Source of the DNA: Tetramitus jugosus | Taxonomy: Eukaryota > Protista > Heterolobosea | NCBI GenBank assembly: GCA_937625935.1 | Contig: OW569363.1 | Location: forward strand, 456,296-520,295 | Direction of reading: 5' to 3' | DNA: 64,000 bases | Shown: one piece after another, positions 27,278-38,199 of the stretch | Layout of the letters: each line of letters begins with the position of its first letter | Position numbering within the stretch: the stretch's first letter is position 1 | Notes under the pieces: generated by a model | What the model was told of the DNA's origin: nothing | The model's input: only the letters and a program-made list of their open reading frames with translations | Databases searched by the model: none | Made by a program: the position numbers and the translations under genes

Positions 27278-30200
27278 ATGGACTACCCTTCGCCACAGCG
27301 AGGTCAATCACAACAGTCCACGAACTCTTCTCCACACAGAGAAATTTCCGAGGATGAAAATAGTACCGTAACTAATCCCTCACCGACTGAAGAAGGAGAA
27401 AGAGAAACCGGAGAAACACCATCCACTCAACCTTCAAATTATCATTCGGTTGACCAATCATTAGATCACTCTATTGAGTTGCCACAGCAACTACAAGAAA
27501 TAAATCTACTGGCAATACAAAGTGATAGGTCGTCAGAGACAGTCAACGAACCACAAGAAATCATAGGGCAAGAACAACGAGACGAAGCGACTCAAGATAA
27601 TGAAGAACCTCGAGCACAGGAACTGAGTGAGCTACTATCAACGACATGTTATGTGAACTTGAATCATGACACGAGAATAATATCATCGAGTCTAGAAGAA
27701 GCAGAAAGCGATAGGAACAACAACAACGACCACAATACTAACGACGACATCACCAACAATAACAATAGTAATACTTCTAACGAAGAGAATAAAACGAACA
27801 TGGACAACACATCGGAAAGAAGAGATACTTCTATCCCAAGTTTAGGAGAGTACGCAAACTGTTCAAAACAGACCATCCGTCAAATCCTTTTGGACAATTA
27901 TCGGAACCAATCATCAACAACAGCCAACAATATCGCCCAAGAACCTCCCTCACTACTATCACAACCTATACCACAATCGCCTCCTCAACCTCCTGTTGAA
28001 GCTCTAGTCCTTGATACGCCATCGACAAGCAATGGTAACCATGATAACCAAAGCGCAGCTTCCACAATCGCAACGACAACTGCAGCTACGGCTTTAGCTA
28101 TAAACGGCAACACAAACACTAGTATATCTTCTGGTCCAGTTTCAACCCATGAAACGGTTGAATCTCGGAACAGCGACCTCGTGCAAGAGAAAAAACGGAG
28201 GAGACTACGGTGGAAGCGGAAAAATAAAAAGGTTGATCAGGAAGCGAGCTCTGTTTCGAGCACACTTGGTGTTTCGTCGACCATTGTGACCTACTCGGGA
28301 AATAGTCAAGAAGATTGGTCAAATGAAGACGAATATTCATCGTGTTGTTGCATAAGGCCACAATATCGAAGCAGCAACTTGTTCAAGGCCGGAGGAACAT
28401 TGAAACCCAATGGAAAAACCTCAAAAACAAGGAAATGTCTACTGTTTACACGAAAATTCTGGAGTATTCGTTCCGTTGTGCTCTTTGTGATTGCTGCCTC
28501 CATCTTAATTCTAGGAATCGTTGTTTGGTTGCTTCATTTTGTTCTGTCCAAGAGTGGCGAGAGAGATGTTCTGGATCAGACTCAGAGAACTCAATCAGGC
28601 AGAGTCATGGACAGTGTTGTGGCTTACTTAGCCGTCGGACCAGTTATTCTCCAAACGGTTCAAAAACTGTTTCAGCTGGGCGAAGAATTCGTGCCGGAGA
28701 TTTCAAAGGGCACGATAAGAACTGCGATTCTGGTCAACCAAATACGGTATGCTCCGCCAAATTCAATTTCTATCGGATATGAGACTGGTGAGTTAGAAGG
28801 TGTTCAACAGTTGAATTCTAATCGGTTCCAGAGAGGATATCAACCTGCAGCCAACTCTACACTCTCCATCGATTTTATTGATCCTGAGACTTTGGACATT
28901 GTGGAGCATGTTGCCAGCTTAACGGGATATGATCCTCGGTTGCAGCCATGGTACATCAATCCAATTATTGATCCAAGTGAAATCAATGGAACCACTCGAG
29001 GTCAAGAACAATTTGTTTGGTCTGATCCTCTTGTAATCCGGGGAGTGCCAACTACGGTGAGCATATCTGTCGGTATGACCTACAGGGACTTTGCAACAGA
29101 TAGATTGAAAGGAGTACTGACCGTAGGATACGATCTACCCAGTATCAGCACATTTCTCATGAGTATACCCGTTCGAAACAATACGCTGGTGTTTATTGTG
29201 AACAGGAAGGGTGAGCTAATCGGAACTAGTAGACCCCCGATAGCACGGATGATACCACTGCCCTTGGCAATCGATCATCCGGATAGAGATCTTAGGGACG
29301 CTTACATTCAAGTGGTAGATCATTATGGAACCAACATTGTGAACTATCCATTGAATGCTACATTTCTATACGATGACCAACACGGAGATGAGCGCGCAGT
29401 TGCCATTCAGAATCTGAGACCTATTCTGGGTATAGATTGGGTCATTGTCACATCTGTCTTATCCAAAGATGTCGCTTCAGCGGTGATGAGGGCCAATACT
29501 CTGTCTATTATTGTGAGTTTGATTCTGATTTTTGCAGTAGAGGTGATTGCATTGGCCATTGGTTGGTTAATAACCAAACCATTACAATCAATTGCCGAGA
29601 GCACAACTCGTGTGGCCAACATGAATTTTAGTGATTCTAAGAAACATCGAGTCATGACTCTCAAGTTTTACGAGTTTGAAGTCATTGTAAGGGCCATGGA
29701 TCAGATGAAAAAAGCTCTCCGTAACTTTGAAAAATATGTCCCGACAAAGGTTGTCAAATCTCTCATGGACAGCAATAAGGGAATCAGGATAGGAGTTGAA
29801 CCCATGTACATCACCATCATGTTTCTGGATATCGCTGACTTTACATCGATTACCGAGAGGACTGATCCTTCCATTCTCGTCAAGGTTCTCGAAGAATTCT
29901 TTACTTCCATGTCAGAAGTCATCAGTGCCAATCAAGGCATCATCGATAAGTATATTGGAGATTGTATCATGACTCTGTTCAATGCTCCCAATCCTGTGGA
30001 GAACCATGAAGAAATGGCTGTCAAGTCAGCCCTTGAAATGCAGAGAAGAACTCAACAACTCAATGAGAAATGGGCACAACAACCCGGATATCCACAATTT
30101 ATGATACGTATTGGTATCAACACTGCTGAATGCCTGGTGGGAAATGTCGGTAGTGCTAATCGTGTGAATTACACAGCCTTAGGGGATGGTGTTCACATTG

Positions 30201-30553
30201 CATCTAATCTTGAAGGACTTAACAAGAAATTCAAGACTAGGATCATCCTTGGAGAGAAGACCTATGATGCCGTATCAGACAAGTATGCTTGTCTATGGTT
30301 AGCCCACGTTGCTTACAAAGAAACGACGATGCACACTTACACGGTGTTTGATGAATTAGATTGCATTTCAGAAGAATGCAGAACACTTTGCCAGCTGCAC
30401 AACCAGACCAAGGAAGCTTTCGACGAAAAGAACACGGAACGAATGAAACAATTGTGCAACGAGATTCTGCAGATAGAACCAAGTGATACATCAGCGTCTG
30501 ACCTCTTGAAACGACTTGAAGGTTCAGACTCCAACTTGGATATCCAACTGTGA
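27278..30553 (+). CDS. Membrane class III nucleotide cyclase with extracellular dCache-like sensor and HAMP domain; catalytic Asn/Arg substituted
   Basis: TM, GYDPRLQPWY Cache motif, second TM, HAMP (ITKPLQSI…), cyclase MFLDIADFT / DKYIGDCIM / GDGVHIASNLEG. Confidence 0.88.
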   Translation: MDYPSPQRGQSQQSTNSSPHREISEDENSTVTNPSPTEEGERETGETPSTQPSNYHSVDQSLDHSIELPQQLQEINLLAIQSDRSSETVNEPQEIIGQEQRDEATQDNEEPRAQELSELLSTTCYVNLNHDTRIISSSLEEAESDRNNNNDHNTNDDITNNNNSNTSNEENKTNMDNTSERRDTSIPSLGEYANCSKQTIRQILLDNYRNQSSTTANNIAQEPPSLLSQPIPQSPPQPPVEALVLDTPSTSNGNHDNQSAASTIATTTAATALAINGNTNTSISSGPVSTHETVESRNSDLVQEKKRRRLRWKRKNKKVDQEASSVSSTLGVSSTIVTYSGNSQEDWSNEDEYSSCCCIRPQYRSSNLFKAGGTLKPNGKTSKTRKCLLFTRKFWSIRSVVLFVIAASILILGIVVWLLHFVLSKSGERDVLDQTQRTQSGRVMDSVVAYLAVGPVILQTVQKLFQLGEEFVPEISKGTIRTAILVNQIRYAPPNSISIGYETGELEGVQQLNSNRFQRGYQPAANSTLSIDFIDPETLDIVEHVASLTGYDPRLQPWYINPIIDPSEINGTTRGQEQFVWSDPLVIRGVPTTVSISVGMTYRDFATDRLKGVLTVGYDLPSISTFLMSIPVRNNTLVFIVNRKGELIGTSRPPIARMIPLPLAIDHPDRDLRDAYIQVVDHYGTNIVNYPLNATFLYDDQHGDERAVAIQNLRPILGIDWVIVTSVLSKDVASAVMRANTLSIIVSLILIFAVEVIALAIGWLITKPLQSIAESTTRVANMNFSDSKKHRVMTLKFYEFEVIVRAMDQMKKALRNFEKYVPTKVVKSLMDSNKGIRIGVEPMYITIMFLDIADFTSITERTDPSILVKVLEEFFTSMSEVISANQGIIDKYIGDCIMTLFNAPNPVENHEEMAVKSALEMQRRTQQLNEKWAQQPGYPQFMIRIGINTAECLVGNVGSANRVNYTALGDGVHIASNLEGLNKKFKTRIILGEKTYDAVSDKYACLWLAHVAYKETTMHTYTVFDELDCISEECRTLCQLHNQTKEAFDEKNTERMKQLCNEILQIEPSDTSASDLLKRLEGSDSNLDIQL

Positions 30554-30765
30554 ACGGGTGAATAACTCCTTCATTCAATTCTCCGCTGAATACAATCAGA
30601 AATAGTCAACCAAGTTTTAAGGTTATAAAAATAACAAAAACACGAATTTTTTCAATCTGGACTCCTCAGCTTCATGTTTCCCTAAAACCACAACAATCAT
30701 TGCCATTTCGTCCAAGACCAACCCAAACTAACTTTCTAACCTGTAACAAAATCTTTCTGCAAACA

Positions 30766-31482
30766 ATGGTAGAGATACGACGAGACTCACTAACAGGAAA
30801 CTTTCTGGACAAAACCATTCTGGACACAGTAGTGATGGGATTAGGGAGCGAAGAAGCGAAGAAGCAAGCATGCAATCGTCTACTCATTGCTCAAGACGAA
30901 GAAGTGAACGAAGATAGTATCTTGATGTCTTCTCCCAAGCAAACAACTGGCTCTCCTCTCAGTAGCACAACACTATCGCCCAAGTCGAGTGCATCAACAA
31001 TTGAAAATTTGCCCCATGCCACAAGCGGCACCACGACCTCCAAACCTCACACAATCATGGAAGAAAATAAGACTTATGAACCTTTAACAAGAAGAAGAAG
31101 TTCCATCAAGTTTGACTTTGACACCGTGGACTATGACAATCCAGTGATGCCTCGAAAGAAAGAAGAAGTAGAACCATTGGCGATACCGGATGAAGAAGAG
31201 TCGGACAATCTTTCATTCGATGATCAATCGAATAGCCGGGCACAGTACATGTCAGAGTACGCGTCTGATGAGAAAGATTTGTCTCATTTGGATGAAGATC
31301 ATCACTTGCGATCACTTGTCGATGGAACCTCATTGTATTCCAGTTTGACCCTCTCTGAAGAAGAAGGAGGATCAAAACCTAAAGAAACCACAAGTTTCTC
31401 ATCCGCTTCTCCCTCGTCATCACTGAGAGTGAAAACAGATTCGGGATCCACACGACCAAAGGCACAACCACTCTCAAAATGA
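30766..31482 (+). CDS. Hypothetical S/E-rich disordered protein
   Basis: Open frame with ATG at 30766 in an A-rich context. No recognisable domain. Confidence 0.55.
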   Translation: MVEIRRDSLTGNFLDKTILDTVVMGLGSEEAKKQACNRLLIAQDEEVNEDSILMSSPKQTTGSPLSSTTLSPKSSASTIENLPHATSGTTTSKPHTIMEENKTYEPLTRRRSSIKFDFDTVDYDNPVMPRKKEEVEPLAIPDEEESDNLSFDDQSNSRAQYMSEYASDEKDLSHLDEDHHLRSLVDGTSLYSSLTLSEEEGGSKPKETTSFSSASPSSSLRVKTDSGSTRPKAQPLSK

Positions 31483-31615
31483 GAAATGTAAACTATTGTA
31501 AATTCTTCAACCACTCACAAAAATTACAATCCGATCGAGCAATCAACTACCAGAATTTGCTCGAAGTCCTATTCCTTGGGATTCCAAACAAAATTTGAAT
31601 TCCAATTCGTCATCC

Positions 31616-32833
31616 ATGCTGTATCTTCTCAGAACTCATTCAAAACAATTGTGCAAGTTACCACCACTTGATCCTCGCTTTCTTGGTGCTCGAAACTTTC
31701 CCTCCAATTTTCTTCCCTCCAAAAATCAAAAACACCAGCAAGAGCATCGATCCACGATCACAAGAACCATGAAGAGATATCTCACAAGTAGCAGTAGCTC
31801 TCAAGACAATGACAGCGACAATGAGGAAACTTCCCCGATGAAAAAAACCAAAATCATCCTGGGAGAGAACAGTGATCACTCCTATGATCCACTCAAGCAA
31901 TACAAGTTCATCTCATGGAACGTCAACGGTCTCAAGGCACTCATGGGCAAAGACAAGGGCGCCGCTCTCACTCAACTCGTTGAATCGGAGAAACCAACTG
32001 CCATTTGTTTACAGGAAACAAAGCTTCAAGATTTGGAGAGTCTCACACAACAGTACAGCACCATTCTAGGTGAAAGCTACAGTGCTCATTTTTCTCACTG
32101 TTCAAGAACAAAGGGTCGCCATGGCACAGCCATCTTTACTCTCAAGCACAAACGTGCTCCAAAGCCTCTGAAAGTCAGATATGGACTGGAGCTAACCTCA
32201 GAAGAAGACTCGATGAATTTGGAGCTCGATGAAAAAATGTTAAAGGATGAAGGAAGGGTCGTCACTGTAGAATACCCTGATCTCTACCTCGTGAACACCT
32301 ATGTGCCAAACTCTGGTCAAAAACTAGAGAGATTGGATGAGAGAACCAACGAATGGGATAAAGCTATGGGTCAATACATTGATAAGCTACAAAAAAAGAA
32401 GCCAGTGGTGTGGTGTGGTGATTTGAATGTGGCCATATTGGACATTGATATTCATGATCCAAAAAAGAATGTCAAATCAGCTGGTTTTACACCACAGGAG
32501 AGAGAATCATTCCGTACAATGATCAAGGACTATCGATTGGTTGATACGTTTAGAAAGCTGTATCCAAATGATAAGAATTGCTATACGTATTGGGGTTATC
32601 GATTCAATATGAGAGAGAAGGACAAGGGATGGAGATTGGACTATTTCATGACGAGTGAGTCATTGAATGATCAATTGGTTGACTCTTATATACTAAAGAG
32701 TGTGTTGGGCAGTGATCACTGTCCAATTGGCTTGGTTTTGAATCGAGGTGGTGCGGCTGATGCTGCTGAAGAACAAAGCGCAGCCACTAGTGCTTCTCCA
32801 GCAGCAGAATCCTCTGAAACGACTGCTCAATAA
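31616..32833 (+). CDS. APEX1: AP endonuclease 1 / exonuclease III
   Basis: ISWNVNGL, LQETK, EGRV, NTYVPNSG, WCGDLNVA, GWRLDYF, GSDHCPI. A second in-frame ATG lies at 31769. Confidence 0.92.
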   Translation: MLYLLRTHSKQLCKLPPLDPRFLGARNFPSNFLPSKNQKHQQEHRSTITRTMKRYLTSSSSSQDNDSDNEETSPMKKTKIILGENSDHSYDPLKQYKFISWNVNGLKALMGKDKGAALTQLVESEKPTAICLQETKLQDLESLTQQYSTILGESYSAHFSHCSRTKGRHGTAIFTLKHKRAPKPLKVRYGLELTSEEDSMNLELDEKMLKDEGRVVTVEYPDLYLVNTYVPNSGQKLERLDERTNEWDKAMGQYIDKLQKKKPVVWCGDLNVAILDIDIHDPKKNVKSAGFTPQERESFRTMIKDYRLVDTFRKLYPNDKNCYTYWGYRFNMREKDKGWRLDYFMTSESLNDQLVDSYILKSVLGSDHCPIGLVLNRGGAADAAEEQSAATSASPAAESSETTAQ

Positions 32834-32950
32834 ATTTTGTTTGCAGTGTCATGTTTTTCGATGAAATGTCCACTTCATCACTTTCTTTCCTGTAGATGAT
32901 TGATCAGCGCTCAAGAAAAAACCCAAGCTTGAAAAAACAACAAAAGTCAT

Positions 32951-35800
32951 ATGACAAGTATGCTCAGTGCTCCCTCCAATGTCAAGGTCATTCATATGGA
33001 TCAATGCAAGTGGTACTTGTCCATTGATCCCAACACTCCACAATTGGATCCAAAATTCAAGCAAAGTGCATCTCAAATCAAGGCCATGAGTGATCTGAGA
33101 TGCACCAGTATGCAAACAAGCGTGCACATGGCACTGTATGATCACGGGATTATTGATCATCCATACAAGGAGTTTAATGAGCTGAGATATCAATGGATTA
33201 TGCACTATGACTGGACTTTTTATACGATTATTGATACCATGTCTCTATTGACAATTGTTTTGACTGGAAGTGAAGATCAAGAGCTTTTGATGATGTGCGA
33301 TGGGTTGGATACCATAGCAGATGTGTACTTTGGAGAAGATGTTGTTTTCTCTGCCAATAACATGTTCAAAAAGTATCGTGTCAATGTGATGCCATTGTTG
33401 CGCAAGTATGCCAATGATCCATCCATTACCATATCGATCAAGTTTAAATCGGCTCTCAGGTATGCAAAAGAACAGTACGAGAAAGCTCCTTATGCCATTC
33501 CATGCCCTGAATATACGCAATCGTTTCCAACTCCAGGCAGAAACTATGTGCGAAAGTGTGGTTCGGATTTTGGTTGGGATTGGGGTCCCTGTTTTGCTCC
33601 AGTTGGTATCAGTGGTCCAATTACACTCGTGACATATCCAAATATTCTGCTATTAGACTATTTGGTGCATCAAGACTTGACATTTAATGATGAATCAAGT
33701 GTCCAATCAGAGGAGTTGGATTCCACAGCCAACAACCTACCATCATGTAACTTAGCGAAACTTAAAGTTCAATGTCTTGTCTATGTCCACGAAAGCTATG
33801 TACTAAGAATGGGGAATTTGAGATGGACATTGTATGCTCCAGGTTCCTTCGAAGAGACAGACAAACCGATAATGACTGGATCGCACGCTGTCACCTTTTC
33901 TGAGAAAGGGGAGCACACGGTCAGTGTTGAAATCTTGGTTAAGGATCCTCAATTGTGGTGGCCAAATGGTCTCGGTGCTCAAAATCTGTATACTCTGGTC
34001 ATTGATGTCGATCAGTTGAGCGAGGATGATGTGCCCAGCACTCGAACACTATATGAGACTCGTACGAAACAAATTGGCATTAGAAGAGTTGAGCTTGACA
34101 CATCAACAGACGAGATTGGAAGAAAGTTTTTGTTCAAGGTGAATACAGTCGCTATGTTTGCAAAAGGTTCAAATTGGATTCCTTCGGACTGCTTTCATCA
34201 TCGAGTGCATGAAGATCAACTGCAGGTATTGTTGCAGAGTGCAGCCGATTGTAACATGAACTTTCTACGCGTTTGGGGAGGAGGTATATATGAATCAGAT
34301 GCTTTTTATGACATATGCGACAGACTAGGAATCTTGATTTGGCAAGATATGATGTTTGCTTGTGCACTCTATCCCTCAACAGACGAATTTTCAACAAATG
34401 TGAAACAAGAGATCACAAATCAATTATACAGGATTCAGCATCACGCTTGTATTGCCATTTATGCAGGTAATAATGAGAATGAAGAAGCCCTGTGCTCCTG
34501 GGAAGAATGTAATAACTCTCCTCATCAAAAGAAACTCGTTGTAGACTATTATAAGTTGTACATGGACATCATATATAGTGTAATCAAAGAGTTGGATCCT
34601 AATAGGGCTCTATTCTATTGGCCATCATCGCCTAGTAACGGTCCTGATGAATGGGGAAATCCTCAAGATATCACAAGAGGAGATGCTCATTACTGGGGCG
34701 TATGGCACGGTCAGAAACCATTCACCGACTATTTGACATTTACTCCTCGCTTCTGCTCTGAATTTGGCTTCCAGTCTATTTCCTCCTTTCAAACACTCAA
34801 GCCATTCTTATCGGACGATGAAGAAGATTACAACTTAACCTCTCCTGCCATGGAATTTAGGCAGAGATCATTCAAAGTTGGGAACAAAGCAATCTTGGAA
34901 CATATCTCACGCCACTTTAGAGTTCCTATCGGCTTTCGGGAAACGATATATGTATCGCAAGTGTTGCAAGCTTTGTCTATCAAAACAGCCTGTGAGCACT
35001 GGAGAAGACAAAAGTCAGTTTGTTCCGGTGCAATGTATTGGCAATTGAATGATATCTGGCCTGGTACATCATGGAGTTCCTTGGAGTGGAACTCACGCTG
35101 GAAGTTACTTCAATACTTTTCGAAGAAATTCTTCTCGCCTTTGCTCGTTTCAGTCGTGGAGAACAAGGGGACTCAGCATGCAGAGGTGTGGTTGACCAGC
35201 GATGTCACATCTAATGTTAAAGGTACTCTAACAGTGAAACTTGTATCCTATACCAGTGGATTGACTCTTCAACAATGGAACGTCGATCAAGTCAGCGTAC
35301 CTGCAACAACAAGTCGCCAAGTACTGTCAATCGACCTTGTAGAGCTATTTGGAGATGAACCGCCTACATTCTATGTACAACATGATTATGATGCCCAGTT
35401 TGATCGAACCGAATGCTTTTTAATGGTAATCTTCGATAGTAAGGAACATCCAGAGCACTCTTCAGAAAACTTCCACTTCTTCTGTCCGCTGAAATTCGTC
35501 AGATTGAACAAGCCCGAGTTTAAAGTGACGAGAGAGAACAACAATTGTTTCTCAATCACATCGAATCAAGTGGCATTGTTCGTATCTCTACATGAAGCTG
35601 CAGAAAACCATGATACGGTGGATCAATCTATCGTAGCTCGCTTCTCTGACAATGGCTTTATTCTGTTGCCTGATGAACCCAAGACTCTGTCGTTCGAAAT
35701 GACCAAGTTCAGCTACGGCGAACACGAAGGAGCAGTCGGTCACTCAAAGAGCGTTCCACTTCGAAACCTGCAAATTCTGTCATTGCGCGACAGCTATTAA
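32951..35800 (+). CDS. Glycoside hydrolase family 2 beta-mannosidase
   Basis: FGWDWGP, LWWPNGLGAQNLY, KGSNWIP, LRVWGGGIYE, GNNENE (acid/base), SEFGFQS (nucleophile), YWQLNDIWP. Confidence 0.92.
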   Translation: MTSMLSAPSNVKVIHMDQCKWYLSIDPNTPQLDPKFKQSASQIKAMSDLRCTSMQTSVHMALYDHGIIDHPYKEFNELRYQWIMHYDWTFYTIIDTMSLLTIVLTGSEDQELLMMCDGLDTIADVYFGEDVVFSANNMFKKYRVNVMPLLRKYANDPSITISIKFKSALRYAKEQYEKAPYAIPCPEYTQSFPTPGRNYVRKCGSDFGWDWGPCFAPVGISGPITLVTYPNILLLDYLVHQDLTFNDESSVQSEELDSTANNLPSCNLAKLKVQCLVYVHESYVLRMGNLRWTLYAPGSFEETDKPIMTGSHAVTFSEKGEHTVSVEILVKDPQLWWPNGLGAQNLYTLVIDVDQLSEDDVPSTRTLYETRTKQIGIRRVELDTSTDEIGRKFLFKVNTVAMFAKGSNWIPSDCFHHRVHEDQLQVLLQSAADCNMNFLRVWGGGIYESDAFYDICDRLGILIWQDMMFACALYPSTDEFSTNVKQEITNQLYRIQHHACIAIYAGNNENEEALCSWEECNNSPHQKKLVVDYYKLYMDIIYSVIKELDPNRALFYWPSSPSNGPDEWGNPQDITRGDAHYWGVWHGQKPFTDYLTFTPRFCSEFGFQSISSFQTLKPFLSDDEEDYNLTSPAMEFRQRSFKVGNKAILEHISRHFRVPIGFRETIYVSQVLQALSIKTACEHWRRQKSVCSGAMYWQLNDIWPGTSWSSLEWNSRWKLLQYFSKKFFSPLLVSVVENKGTQHAEVWLTSDVTSNVKGTLTVKLVSYTSGLTLQQWNVDQVSVPATTSRQVLSIDLVELFGDEPPTFYVQHDYDAQFDRTECFLMVIFDSKEHPEHSSENFHFFCPLKFVRLNKPEFKVTRENNNCFSITSNQVALFVSLHEAAENHDTVDQSIVARFSDNGFILLPDEPKTLSFEMTKFSYGEHEGAVGHSKSVPLRNLQILSLRDSY

Positions 35801-35890
35801 GTAATTAGGGTGCCATGAACTCGGCCAACTTATAAGTGAACAAAATTTTACAGTGTATGAAATCAAACAGACAGTTTTCTTCTTCTAGTC

Positions 35891-36917
35891 TTAATCCTTC
35901 TTTCCTGTCTTGACAGCAGTTGTTGCGCTGGCTGCATTTACAGGGACACTGGTAGTCATTGGAGTAACAGTGGTTTGGAATCCTTGATAGACAGGTGTTG
36001 GAACATTGCTCTGTTGTTGTTGCATTCCAGGCTTTGGCAATTGATATCCAGTGCTGGCACCAGTGGCAGGAGTATAGCTCAAACTGGTAGTTGTCATTGT
36101 GGGGAACGAAGAAATAGTGTTCAACAATCCACCAGTGGCAGCTGGAGGAGCCATTGAGTGAATGGAAGCACTGCCGAGAGAAGTAGCAACAGTGGGACCA
36201 GTGGCAGATGGCTTATACGACTTTTTTCCAATGGTAAATGGAACGTACTTGTACTTGATCATGTGTTGAATTTGCTTCCTCATGGTCAACACAAACAACA
36301 GAATAAAGTAGCCCAACAGGATAGGATAGTACACTGGTATGTCAAAAGCTCTGGAGGTAGTAAAGAAGAGAGCAATCAGAATAGCCTTTGTTGTAGAGTA
36401 CCTGTTTTGATAGTAATCACAAATCAAGCAAAAGCACACAAGCACACAAATACCTCTCGTGTTAAACAAGCATACAAAATAATTCGCGCCAAAAAAATTG
36501 TACATACCAAAACTTGAACTCCGGCAAGCGGCGAATAAATGGTCTAAATTCCTCTTCGTTGGAGCGGGAACCACCAAAAAGTGCGCCACCCTTCTTAAAA
36601 TTTCGACTACTGCCGCCAACGCTGTTGGGCAATGCGTCCTCATACGAATCAAAATCATTTTCCATCTCAGGATCGACTTGAGGGCTCAAAAATGCAATCA
36701 ACAAATTCAAGTAATAAATACCGAGTGCATAGGTCACAATATACCAACCTCCCCAAATGAAAATGCGCATCAAGTACAATAGAAAGAGACCTGAAAAAAT
36801 GCCCCATCGAACCATTGGTTTTCCATTCAAACGATCAAGTATCGTTTGATAGCGCATGCTATAGTATTGGTATTTTTTGAGCAAGCCATTGTTGCTGCTT
36901 GAATCATCAGAGTACAT
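35891..36917 (-). CDS. RER1: RER1 Golgi-to-ER retrieval receptor, 2 exons (36917-36508, 36401-35891)
   Basis: [44 protein letters not shown]|[26 protein letters not shown]. 106-bp GTATGT…CAG intron. Confidence 0.93.
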
Positions 36918-37249
36918 TTTTTTGTTGTTGTTATTGTTATTGTTACTATGATTGTTGCTTGTTGGATGATGGTGTGTGTGTGAAAAATAGTGATTGATCA
37001 GAGGTTTGTTGTTCAGATCCAATAAATCAGAATATTTGTGAGATCAATCTTTTTTTTGTGTTGTGTTGTTGCACGTGTGTTTTTGTTGATGGTCGCTGGA
37101 TGAAGGAATGACCTTTTGTGTGATTGTAACCAAGGATGAAAAATAGAATCGCAGTTTTAAAGCGGAAATTTGTGAGTAAAAAACGCGCCAAAAAACACCA
37201 CACAAAAAGTCGTCATCATCAACCTTCGAATCCATTCATCATCATCATC

Positions 37250-37941
37250 ATGTCTTCTGTAGCAGCTGTTTCATCCGATCTACCAAAACCTATTCCAATC
37301 GAACAATTACGAAAGGTTCCTCTGCAAGAATTGGCACAAAATGCTCAAATTAGAGAACAAGAGCTTCAACAGCTTCAAGGCTTCTTACAACAATTGCACG
37401 TTGGTTATGACCGATTCAGAACAAGCAGAAATGTTGTTGATCAATTGTCTCAACAAACTGCTGGAAAGCAAGTTTTGGTGCCAATGACTCAATCACTCTA
37501 CGTCCCAGGTGAAATTACTGATGTAGACAGTGTTTTGGTCGATATTGGAACAGGTTATTTTGTTCAAAAGGTTTGTTGTTGTTGTTATTTTTGTGTGTAT
37601 ATTGATGATGATGAAGATGTCTTTCATAAGCTATTCATTGTTGTATTATTCAGCTGTGATCACAGTTACAAGAGTTGGAGAATTTTTTAGCTAAAAACTT
37701 GTCATTTTTTTGTTGTTGTTGTTTTGTGCCCATTTTTTTGGGGGGTTGTGTGTCATCTCACCTCTCACAGAATACAAGTGATGCCAAGGATGCCCTAGAG
37801 CGAAGAATGGTCATGGTGAGAGAAAGTATTGAAAAGTTGACAAAGACTGTTGCCTTCAAGCAAGCCGAACTGGAAAAGATTAAGAGAGTCGTGGCTCTGG
37901 GTGTTCAAGAAAGACAGAGAGAAATGGAAAAGGTGAAATAG
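37250..37941 (+). CDS. PFDN5: Prefoldin subunit 5, 2 exons (37250-37570, 37771-37941)
   Basis: VLVPMTQSLYVPG…VLVDIGTGYFVQK|NTSDA. 200-bp GTTTGT…CAG intron. Confidence 0.9.
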
Positions 37942-38199
37942 GCAAAATCATTAAAACAAACCAGAATTGTGTATATTTTCATGATGTCAGTCGTAGTCTT
38001 TCATGGTTGTATTGGATTGGGATCCTATTCTCCCAATTGGATGTTCCGCCGCGAAAATTTCTCGCCTTCGATGGTAGCATTTCACACAACGACATTCTCG
38101 CCTCAGAATCGCTTTGTTGTGAGCTCCCCCAAAAAAACAAAAACAAAACCTAACGCCCGATAAAAACCAACAACATATTATCTCATCATCATCATCATC

